Part shown: piece after piece, positions 11,428 through 19,766 of the stretch
Numbering within the stretch: position 1 is the stretch's first letter
Layout of the letters: each line of letters begins with the position of its first letter
Assembly (NCBI GenBank): GCA_937981985.1
Contig: CALJNB010000017.1
Location: 21,534-85,533, forward strand
From: an uncultured bacterium
Lineage (GTDB): Bacteria > Myxococcota_A > Bradymonadia > Bradymonadales > Bradymonadaceae
DNA: 64,000 bases
Direction of reading: 5' to 3'
Notes under the pieces: model-generated
What the model was told of the DNA's origin: nothing
Database searches by the model: none
Seen by the model: only the letters and a program-made list of their open reading frames with translations
Program-made: the position numbers and the translations under genes

Positions 11428-12230
11428 GCATCTTAAACCAACCTAAATCCCAAAAGATGCTAGCGGAAATGAAACAACTGGGATCGATCGCGATCGCTTT
11501 TTCAGGCGGTGTAGACTCTGCTGTCGTAGCAGCAATGTCCAAACGAGCCCTAGGCGATGATGCATTTGCGATCACCGCTAATAGCGAAACGCTTGGAGCA
11601 TCCGAACTCGACTATGCAATTCTATTAGCAAAAGAGATCAAGATAAGACATGAAATCATGGAGTTCAGCGAGCTTGACGATGCGAATTTTGTCGAAAACA
11701 CACCGTCACGATGTTTTTTTTGCCAATCAATGCGTTTTGATAAACTAAAACAATTAGCGTCTAAAGTAGACGTTGACGTTGTAGCATCCGGAACCAACAT
11801 TGATGATTTAAGCGACCATCGCCCCGGCTTAAAGGCGATGTCGAACCACGAAATCTATCAACCACTACTTGTACACGAGTTTACAAAGTCCGAAGTCAGA
11901 CAGCTGGCCAAAGAACTGGGACTAAGTTGTTGGAACCGGCCCGCGAAAGCATGTTTGTCATCCCGCATCCCGCACGGACTCACTGTCACCTTAAAACGTT
12001 TACAAATGATCGAAGTTGCCGAGGATGCGATGTTGGAAAATGGATTCCTGCATTTTCGTGTTCGTCATCACGATGGACTTGCTAGAATCGAGATCGCGCC
12101 GGCAGAACATCAAAAATTCTTAACTCACCCCCAACGCGCATTCATGATTGAACGCATCCTTGGTGCTGGATTTGATCGCGTCTGTTTTGATGTACGTGGA
12201 TACCGCCAAGGCAGCCTCAACCCGAAATAG
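11424..12230 (+). CDS. larE: PP-loop ATP-dependent sulfur transferase, LarE family (TIGR00268-type)
   Basis: PP-loop motif AFSGGVDSAV near the N-terminus. Conserved Cys region (SRCFFCQ, KACLSSR). Size is ~268 aa, typical of LarE-like adenine-nucleotide alpha-hydrolases. Confidence 0.8.
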   Translation: MSILNQPKSQKMLAEMKQLGSIAIAFSGGVDSAVVAAMSKRALGDDAFAITANSETLGASELDYAILLAKEIKIRHEIMEFSELDDANFVENTPSRCFFCQSMRFDKLKQLASKVDVDVVASGTNIDDLSDHRPGLKAMSNHEIYQPLLVHEFTKSEVRQLAKELGLSCWNRPAKACLSSRIPHGLTVTLKRLQMIEVAEDAMLENGFLHFRVRHHDGLARIEIAPAEHQKFLTHPQRAFMIERILGAGFDRVCFDVRGYRQGSLNPK

Positions 12231-12420
12231 TTCTTCGCTGAACGTGATACATCGAAAAGATTTTTTCTTATGATAAAATCGAAAACGGGTCATATACGGA
12301 TCGATGCGGGCGTCTTCTCGAAAAAAATAAAAGAGACAAAACTATTGTTTTCTTTATGGAACCAGCCTACACGGGCCGCAAAGATCGAGTGCGCTCCAGT
12401 TGCACGAGACGAGGTCAAGT

Positions 12421-13005
12421 ATGAACACCCTTTTAGAAATTTTCGTTCCGCTATTTGTGGCTATGGGCCCATTGACGGTGCTGCCTATTTTTCTATCGAT
12501 GACCCAAGACATGTCGGTCAGCGAATCTCGACAACTTACGAGGAAAGCGGTTCTAACCGCGTTTTTTATTGCAGTGGCGTTGATCGTTGCAGGACAAGCT
12601 CTTTTTCGATTCCTATCCATTACGGTAGATGATCTAAAAGTGGCTGGAGGAATTATACTTTTTCTTATCGCAGTTTATGATTTGCTTTTTTCTAGTGGTA
12701 AGCGAAAAACTGCAAACGTTGACGACGTCGGTATAGTACCACTTGGAACGCCACTCATTATTGGACCTGCAACGATGACTGCTGCGGTTGTGTTAGCTGA
12801 TCAACACGGACGCGTTCTCACCTTGTTGGGAATCGTCGCAAATCTTCTCATCATAGGACTGTTGTTGCATTATTCGGACAATATAAAAAAGGTACTCAAT
12901 CCTTCAGTCTCCAAAGCTTTCGGAAAAGTGATGTCGTTGTTTTTGGCTGCTATTGCGGTCGCAATGTTTCGATCCGGAATTATGGGGTTTCTCAAAGTTA
13001 TTTAG
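12421..13005 (+). CDS. MarC-family (UPF0056) integral membrane protein
   Basis: N-terminus MNTLLEIFVPLFVAMGPLTVLPIFLSMT is typical of the MarC family, with about 6 TM helices. Start set to ATG 12421 rather than the ORF-track 12400. Confidence 0.72.
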   Translation: MNTLLEIFVPLFVAMGPLTVLPIFLSMTQDMSVSESRQLTRKAVLTAFFIAVALIVAGQALFRFLSITVDDLKVAGGIILFLIAVYDLLFSSGKRKTANVDDVGIVPLGTPLIIGPATMTAAVVLADQHGRVLTLLGIVANLLIIGLLLHYSDNIKKVLNPSVSKAFGKVMSLFLAAIAVAMFRSGIMGFLKVI

Positions 13006-13061
13006 GTTGTGAAGATATTGATTTTAACAAGTCCGCGGGGGTGGGACGCGCAAAACGCTTC

Positions 13062-13568
13062 CTATTTGGGTCCCGGAAATACGACCTCAAAAAACTCTGT
13101 TATTATCTTTGCTTCATCAAGCTCATCGATCCCCAACTGTTTTAAAAAAGGTGCAAAAAAAATCCGGTGCTCATCGCGCCAATATTGAAGCATATCTCCG
13201 TTTTCATCACTTCCCTCGCCCTCGGCGAGAGCGATCGCTTCGGGAACATCTTTAAACCGATGGGTTTGCACAGCCACTGTTTGAACGATACAACGCGGAT
13301 TATGCGTACTATCTAAAACAATCCAAAAGTCCCCAATTTCTGGCAGACGATCCCCAGCCATTTCATAATCTTTAACAAGGCCGCTACCGGCCGTTTTTTT
13401 TCCATCCAAATATAATTGTAGTAAGCGATCGGCAATCTGTGGATTACCCGCAATTGATACCCTAACAAAGGGCGCAATAGGAAGAACATCGCAGGACGCC
13501 AAATACGCATTCCAAAACGCCTCTTCAGCCGTTTTCAAAGCACCGTCAAAATCATTTATTAGCATCAC
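13062..13568 (-). CDS. ASCH-domain protein
   Basis: Pattern SIAGNPQIADRLLQLYLDGKKTAGSG...GDFWIVLDS...ALAEGEG matches the ASCH (ASC-1 homology) beta-barrel family layout. Confidence 0.65.
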   Translation of the reverse strand: MMLINDFDGALKTAEEAFWNAYLASCDVLPIAPFVRVSIAGNPQIADRLLQLYLDGKKTAGSGLVKDYEMAGDRLPEIGDFWIVLDSTHNPRCIVQTVAVQTHRFKDVPEAIALAEGEGSDENGDMLQYWRDEHRIFFAPFLKQLGIDELDEAKIITEFFEVVFPGPK

Positions 13569-13598
13569 TCAAACTCAAATAGAGTCGCCTTCCGATAA

Positions 13599-15383
13599 TT
13601 AGTTTTTATCGCACACGAAATGTCGTTGTGGATTCATGCGATACTGAGGAGAATTTACGATCGGACATTCAGAAGAAATAGTGTGTTTCAAGTGATTCAC
13701 TTCGTGCCAGGTAAGCGCCATCGATGGATATACGATCGGAATCGTATCAGAGGTTTTGATCTCATTAATAAGACCTGGAAGAAGTCCATGTCCGGTCATC
13801 CAAATCGAATCGAAGTTTGAGATAAAGTCGTCAACAAGACCCGGAAAAGCCGCGCGTTTGTAGATAACCATATTCTCCATCGTATTGTGCTCTGCGTTGT
13901 CGCTTAGATTATAGGAACCCGACATCACGGTATTATTATCGATTACGATATATTTGTGATGCATCTGAACCGCATAAGAATAATGCCAACGGTACGAATA
14001 GCTTTTAAACTTCATTGGAATTCCAGCTTTTTTCATTTCAAAAGCGTAATGGAATCCTTTGTCTAAACATTTCTGTTGTTTAGAAACACTCGAACCGGCT
14101 TTAAGCAAACACGCTTCTCTTTTCTGAAGTTCTTGATTGTGCGTGTACTCGCTGACAAATTCTTGAGCATCCAAATAAATCTTCACATCTAGGTTTGGAT
14201 TCGCGGCCACCTTAGCGAGGAGAGCCTCTGATATTTGACGAGAACGAAGATGACCAGATGCGATTCGAATTGAGGTCTGTGCGGATTCGATAAGTTCAAC
14301 AATACGATCAGACACGGTGTTCTTTCCGGAAATCACTGAGAAAGTATTGCCATATCGAGAATTCACGTAGCTTCGAAAATTGGCTGATGTGAATACGACC
14401 TCTGTATTGGGGTCGTCGGTAATCATAGAGTCGTCGATAGAGTCAGACTCGAAAAATGTGAAAGATTCGGTATCTGTGAAATCACGGCTATTTCCCCAAA
14501 GAAGATTAAACTCTCTCTGGAAATTTAAATTCAGTTCGCTGTTTCCAGAAATAAATACGGTGTTTTCGTCATAGCGTGTTCCGGCACTGTTTGACCAATT
14601 ACCACTACCGGTTGCCAATGTACCTTTGTCGCTTACGAACGTTATACTCGCGGCATCGCGGGGCCCATCGATGAGAATATATTTATGATGCATGATCTTA
14701 TTGATATATCGGACATCGACGCCGATCTGTTCAAGTCGAGCTGATTTGGTATTGGGTCCACCTTTTCTGCGGTCAGCGTTACCGGATTCAAAAAGAAATC
14801 GAACACTCACTCCGCGGTTTACCGCCGACTCAAGCGCGGCTGCAATACCCGCATCTCGATAGCTGTACATAGCGATATCGATCGAGTCCTGAGCCTCATC
14901 GATGAGACTTGCCACCTTAACAAGGTGACTTGAGGCATAAGGTTGTGGTGAAAAAATCACCTCAACGTCGTTTGAGATCACCACGTCGCTACAATCTGTA
15001 TTTTCGGCTATCGCCTCCAACTGACGCATTGCTACTTTACCGACGTAAGAAACCTCGTCGAGTTGAGTCATGGTATGGAAGGTGAAATCATCGGCGGTCC
15101 CAAAAATTGCGTCCGCGCCATTTCTCATTTTTTGAATACTTTTCGCTGCTCTTGTGTGAACGCCCTCTGCCTTCAAATACTGACTTAAATCTTCCACGGT
15201 TGCGATCGCTTCAAACAACGCTTCGTTTCCACAATCATTATTCTGGAGATTATCGGCTCTGCCATCGACAAAAGTCGCTTCACCAATTCCATGATTTGAA
15301 GAAATAAGATCTTCGGTTGTTTCGCCACACGAGGCAAATCCAAGGGACGCGAAAAATGCTATTATAAGTTTCTTATTCATCAA
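13599..15383 (-). CDS. Secreted lipoprotein of the phospholipase D/nuclease superfamily (two HKD motifs) with an N-terminal helix-hairpin-helix-like region
   Basis: Signal peptide with lipobox (FFASLGFASCG). Two HxKxxxxD motifs (MHHKYILIDG...GSGNWS and MHHKYIVIDN...GSYNLS). N-terminal segment GVHTRAAKSIQKMRNG...QLDEVSYVGKVAMRQL is HhH-like. Confidence 0.85.
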   Translation of the reverse strand: MMNKKLIIAFFASLGFASCGETTEDLISSNHGIGEATFVDGRADNLQNNDCGNEALFEAIATVEDLSQYLKAEGVHTRAAKSIQKMRNGADAIFGTADDFTFHTMTQLDEVSYVGKVAMRQLEAIAENTDCSDVVISNDVEVIFSPQPYASSHLVKVASLIDEAQDSIDIAMYSYRDAGIAAALESAVNRGVSVRFLFESGNADRRKGGPNTKSARLEQIGVDVRYINKIMHHKYILIDGPRDAASITFVSDKGTLATGSGNWSNSAGTRYDENTVFISGNSELNLNFQREFNLLWGNSRDFTDTESFTFFESDSIDDSMITDDPNTEVVFTSANFRSYVNSRYGNTFSVISGKNTVSDRIVELIESAQTSIRIASGHLRSRQISEALLAKVAANPNLDVKIYLDAQEFVSEYTHNQELQKREACLLKAGSSVSKQQKCLDKGFHYAFEMKKAGIPMKFKSYSYRWHYSYAVQMHHKYIVIDNNTVMSGSYNLSDNAEHNTMENMVIYKRAAFPGLVDDFISNFDSIWMTGHGLLPGLINEIKTSDTIPIVYPSMALTWHEVNHLKHTISSECPIVNSPQYRMNPQRHFVCDKN

Positions 15384-15563
15384 TTAAATCCAATATTAAT
15401 ATCCAATGAATCGTAAACTAAGCATACTTTATGCCAACAAGCCAAAATTTTAGGAAATAAACCTCAGAACCCCATATTTTAGGCGATCGTGAGGGAGCCC
15501 TAGTTATCGAACCTTTAAAAACGTGAGAAACAAAAGGAAGAACGATCAATCAGCTCGAAGGAA

Positions 15564-15587
15564 AAGTGGAAGATCGATCGACCACTT
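15564..15587 (-). terminator. Candidate terminator hairpin after the TPR gene
   Basis: On the minus strand, AAGTGG-TCGATCGATCTT-CCACTT is followed by TTTTCCTT. The stem is 6 bp and the loop contains an internal palindrome. Confidence 0.35.
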
Positions 15588-15592
15588 AGATT

Positions 15593-17005
15593 CTATTTAT
15601 CTCCGAAGTCTACTTTTCCCGACTTAACCATCTTATAGAAAGTTTTCAGCTGTTCTTCGATCTGGTCTTCGTCGAGTTGTGAGGGGTCAAAATCTTCAAG
15701 GACTTTTGGATCGACGTTACCCATTTTCTTCAACATAGATGGCGGAGCGTTCTTCATCATAGCCGGAGCATTTTTCATCATCATCTTCAACATCGGTTTG
15801 AACATCGGCTTCACGTTACCGTCCTTGTCAAAAACTTGATCCAGCATCTTCGTTGGATCCATGCCTCCCATGCCTGGAATTGGAGGTAATCCACCAGAGA
15901 AGGGATTTGAAAAACGCTTTTTGGGGGCCGTCTCTACCGCGATGTCTTCGTCAACGCGAGACAAGGTTTCGGTAAAGAATGCCTTGGAATCGAAACGAGA
16001 ACTTAGAGGTCCAAAAAGAAAATCAGCCAATTCTAAACGCAGATCTTTTACTTTGTCGAAATCGGCTTTTGATTTCTCTTCGTCTTTATCGGACTTGTGA
16101 ATAAGTGCTCGGATGTAAAAAGCATCAGCCAAAGTGCTGTCTAACTCAATAGCTTGATCTGCGGCTTTTTTCGCGAGGCTATTACTCTCACTCGCGTATT
16201 GAACAAGAGCAAGCTGCACAAACGAGATCGCCTCGTCTGAAAAAAGAGTCGTAGCTTTTATTGCATCTTTACGTGCCTGCTTAAAATCTTTTTTCAAAAG
16301 ATGCAGATGACTCCTTAATAAGAGAGCATCTAGCACTTCATTATTTTCATTAATGGTTTCATCAAGAATCTTCTTAGCCCCCTCGTAATCAGGCTCGATA
16401 TATTTGAGACGGGCAGCAAGCAATCCCAAGTCGGGGTCGGTAGAATCAAGAGATCTCGCCTTTTCAATATCTGTCGTCGCCGCATTCAGGGTCTCCAAAT
16501 AAATAGAAACCTCAGCACGAGTCGCGAGCGCATTTGCCGATGTTGGGTCCAATTTGATCACCCGTGAAAGATCAACTCTTGCCAAGTCATATTCTTCATC
16601 ATCTATATGAACCATCGCCCGCCCCATGAGGCTAGCAATCCGATCTTCGTCGAGTTCTAACGATTGCGTGAATTGTTGAAGCGCCAATTCGGGTTTATCG
16701 AGATGATACATAGCCCAACCTGCGATTGAATATACTGCGGCATTATACCAGCCCATGTTCATCGCATTTTGAGCATCTTCCCATGCTGAGCTTTCTTCGT
16801 GTAATTCGAGATGAAAATCGGCCCGGCGCGCTAAAAAGGCACCACGTAAAAGCTTGTAATCACCCTCAGCCGGGACGCCGTCGAGAATAGTAGAAAGACG
16901 AGACACCGCTTGATCATAGGCACCGCTATTCACAAAAGGTTGAATTTCATTCATTACGAATTCGTACTGGGATAGGGCATCGCCCTGAAGCTTTGATGTA
17001 TTCAT
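15593..17005 (-). CDS. TPR-repeat protein
   Basis: Multiple 34-aa TPR-like units (AxxxxxxAL.LDP-type: SLELDEDRIASL, VIKLDPTSANAL, ARSLDSTDPDL, AIELDSTLADAF). Met/Lys-rich C-terminal tail. Confidence 0.75.
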   Translation of the reverse strand: MNTSKLQGDALSQYEFVMNEIQPFVNSGAYDQAVSRLSTILDGVPAEGDYKLLRGAFLARRADFHLELHEESSAWEDAQNAMNMGWYNAAVYSIAGWAMYHLDKPELALQQFTQSLELDEDRIASLMGRAMVHIDDEEYDLARVDLSRVIKLDPTSANALATRAEVSIYLETLNAATTDIEKARSLDSTDPDLGLLAARLKYIEPDYEGAKKILDETINENNEVLDALLLRSHLHLLKKDFKQARKDAIKATTLFSDEAISFVQLALVQYASESNSLAKKAADQAIELDSTLADAFYIRALIHKSDKDEEKSKADFDKVKDLRLELADFLFGPLSSRFDSKAFFTETLSRVDEDIAVETAPKKRFSNPFSGGLPPIPGMGGMDPTKMLDQVFDKDGNVKPMFKPMLKMMMKNAPAMMKNAPPSMLKKMGNVDPKVLEDFDPSQLDEDQIEEQLKTFYKMVKSGKVDFGDK

Positions 17006-17069
17006 TTATTTCTCTTCGAAGATGTAACGCTTTTTGAAATGTAAACGCCAGTTCAAACCCGGCCAGTAT

Positions 17070-17726
17070 TTAGAATAAAAACATCTGCGTAAACCAGATG
17101 AAAATACCACCGCATAGAGCTCGCGTGAGAACGACACTGTATAGGGGTAATCCGAGTTCGAAAAGTAACGCGCCGAAAAGGGTTTCAGCCACGATCGCAC
17201 CAAAATAAAGGGAAGTTGAGGTGTTTTCGGTTTGGAAAAAAAATCCGCAATAAATCGCTGCAACGGCGACTACTGATATAGCGATGCGCAGAACTTTATT
17301 CTGACCGGCCGCTAACACTTCACCTTGAAGGATACCGTGTGTAAACAACGCCTCCAACGCGCGTAATCCCATGAACATAAATAGCGCAGTCATGAGAAAA
17401 GAAGGTCTGGATTTTGTTACAACCGGATAATTTCCAGCAAATGCGTAAGAATATCCGACGAAAAAAAGGATAAGACCTAAGACGGCACAAATGGCATTGG
17501 CGTTATGGTTTTTGGACCATCTATCGGAACTACGTTTTACAAAATCTACGCCCAGCATGAACGCTGTGCCAGCTAAGACGGCGGCTGGCCAAATTGCGAT
17601 GCCATAAAACCCATTCATATTCCCAATCGACTTTAAGAAAATCGGTGTCGGAAAAAAGAAGTGGGGCGCAGCCGCAACAAAAAGCGCCGCAAATGCGACG
17701 AGCGTTGTTTTTTTGGAGTTAATCAT
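17070..17726 (-). CDS. Integral membrane protein of unknown function
   Basis: 218 aa with about 6-7 hydrophobic helices. Starts 4 nt downstream of the glmS stop on the same strand. Confidence 0.55.
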   Translation of the reverse strand: MINSKKTTLVAFAALFVAAAPHFFFPTPIFLKSIGNMNGFYGIAIWPAAVLAGTAFMLGVDFVKRSSDRWSKNHNANAICAVLGLILFFVGYSYAFAGNYPVVTKSRPSFLMTALFMFMGLRALEALFTHGILQGEVLAAGQNKVLRIAISVVAVAAIYCGFFFQTENTSTSLYFGAIVAETLFGALLFELGLPLYSVVLTRALCGGIFIWFTQMFLF

Positions 17727-17729
17727 TGT

Positions 17730-19562
17730 TTATTCGACGGTGACACTTTTTGCCAAATTACGCGGTTGGTCAATATCGGTTCCTTTTAGATCTGCTATAA
17801 AATAGGAGATCAGTTGTACCGCAACATAGGTAATTATCGATTGAACGCGTTCATCAACCTGGGGTAATTCAATAACAATCTCAGCGGTATCGGACAAACT
17901 TCTATCGCCTTCACTCACCAACGCGATGATTTTACCACCTCGAGCATGCGCTTCCATAAGGTTACTAATCGTTTTATCGTAAACCGTATCCTTCAAAGCG
18001 ATTGCAACTACTGGCATCTTTTCGTCAATCAAAGCGATCGGACCGTGTTTCATCTCACCTGAGGCATATCCTTCGGCGTGAATATAACTAATTTCTTTCA
18101 GCTTTAATGCACCTTCTAAGGCAACAGGATATTGCTGCCCGCGTCCAAGATATAAAAATGAGCTGGCAGAAGCATACGTTTTTGCGACGTCTTTATAGGG
18201 TTCCAAATTCGTTAAAACGGCTTCAATGGATGTCGGAACGGCACGCAATGCTTCGATCCAAGACCGACCTTGTTCGGCACTTAAGGTACCTTTACGTCTT
18301 CCCAACCAAATACCTAGCATGGACAGCGCAACAAGTTGTGTTGTCGACGCTTTTGTTGATGCAACAGAAATTTCTGGTCCAGCATGCGTGTATAAGACTC
18401 CGTCTGATTCACGGGGAATAGAAGATTCAATAACATTGCATATAGACATTACTTTGGCGCCCAAACGTTTCGCTTCACGCAGCGCGGCAAGCGTATCTGC
18501 GGTTTCGCCAGACTGACTTATCGCCAAACAAAGTGTGTTCTCGTCGATGATAGGCTTTCGATATCGGTATTCGCTCGCTAATTCGACGTCGACCGGAATC
18601 CTTGTATGTTCTTCAATGAAATATTTACTCACCATTGCCGAGTAAAAGCTGCCACCGCAAGCAACAACCGTAATACGGTTTACTTTTTTCAAAAATTCAG
18701 GATCGATATCAACTTCACCCAGATTGATGTCACCAGCTTCAACATCAGCGCGGCCTCTTAGGGTGTCGATAATTCGTGTTGGCTGTTCAAAGATTTCCTT
18801 CAACATGAAATGTTTGTAGCCCTGCTTTTCTGCCGAGATAGGATCCCATTGAATGTGCTTTTCCGGACGCTCCACGGGTGTTCCCGACACATCGAAAATA
18901 GAGGTTTTCTCGCGTGTCAAAACAGCGGTATCACCATCGTGGAGGAAGACAAATTTTCGCGTGTGTTCTAAAACGGCAGGTATATCAGAAGCAGCAAAAG
19001 CAGCGGTGTCCGAACGTCCCAAAACCATCGGAGCCGCGTTTCGCGCAACGACTAGTGTATCGGGCTCGTTAATATCCATCACCACAAAAGCGTAAGAACC
19101 TTCAACTTGAGCCAAAGACTTCAACACCGCGTCATGGAGACTCGACGCGCTTTTAAGTTCACTATCGATGAGATGTGCGACAACCTCGGTATCGGTCGCG
19201 CTGGAAAATTCTCTACCCAAAGCTGCAAGCTTGTCTCTCAACTCTCGATAATTTTCTATAATTCCATTGTGGGCAAGAACGATACTTCCAGCGACATGAG
19301 GGTGAGCGTTTATTTCTGTCGGAGCGCCGTGAGTTGCCCAACGAATATGTCCTAAACCTCGAGTTCCTTCAAAGGGCTCCTGATAAAAAATCTTTTCAAG
19401 GTTAGAGAGCTTGCCTTCAGCGCGGATTACTTTGAGAGCGCCGGCCGTTTCTGAAATCGCTAAACCGGCACTATCATATCCACGGTACTCAAGCTTTTTG
19501 AGTCCGTTTAATATGACCGTCGCACAATCCTCTAGACCGATGTAACCTACTACGCCGCACAT
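17730..19562 (-). CDS. glmS: Glutamine--fructose-6-phosphate aminotransferase (isomerising)
   Basis: 610 aa. Ntn-amidotransferase start MCGVVGY. Two SIS domains. Canonical C-terminus ...LAKSVTVE. Confidence 0.97.
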   Translation of the reverse strand: MCGVVGYIGLEDCATVILNGLKKLEYRGYDSAGLAISETAGALKVIRAEGKLSNLEKIFYQEPFEGTRGLGHIRWATHGAPTEINAHPHVAGSIVLAHNGIIENYRELRDKLAALGREFSSATDTEVVAHLIDSELKSASSLHDAVLKSLAQVEGSYAFVVMDINEPDTLVVARNAAPMVLGRSDTAAFAASDIPAVLEHTRKFVFLHDGDTAVLTREKTSIFDVSGTPVERPEKHIQWDPISAEKQGYKHFMLKEIFEQPTRIIDTLRGRADVEAGDINLGEVDIDPEFLKKVNRITVVACGGSFYSAMVSKYFIEEHTRIPVDVELASEYRYRKPIIDENTLCLAISQSGETADTLAALREAKRLGAKVMSICNVIESSIPRESDGVLYTHAGPEISVASTKASTTQLVALSMLGIWLGRRKGTLSAEQGRSWIEALRAVPTSIEAVLTNLEPYKDVAKTYASASSFLYLGRGQQYPVALEGALKLKEISYIHAEGYASGEMKHGPIALIDEKMPVVAIALKDTVYDKTISNLMEAHARGGKIIALVSEGDRSLSDTAEIVIELPQVDERVQSIITYVAVQLISYFIADLKGTDIDQPRNLAKSVTVE

Positions 19563-19766
19563 ATTCTTCCTTTATTCTTAAATTCTCATCCCATGATCTG
19601 CATAGGAAGGTTAAAATAATTGAGGGATACGTTTTATATCCGAAAATTCGAAATAAGAGCGCATACCAAACACGGTGTTGTAGCGAGTTTCAGTGCTATA
19701 AGCAACCGCCTCGCCCCAGCTTTAAGCGTGCAAGGAACGAGCAAATGCTGTTCGCAAATCGTTTAC

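Noticed and set aside
17070-17726. Second CPBP protease (membrane protein downstream of glmS)
   Set aside because: It lacks the EExxxR / FxxxH / HxxxN motif set. Only a vague LEALFTHG segment is present. I left it as a membrane protein of unknown function.
19563-19766. Possible glmS ribozyme in the 204-nt leader upstream of glmS
   Set aside because: I reverse-complemented the leader and found none of the conserved glmS ribozyme core segments I remember (the AGCGCC cleavage-site context and the GACGAGG/GGACGG-type core). The ribozyme is also mainly a Gram-positive feature. An Infernal scan would settle it.
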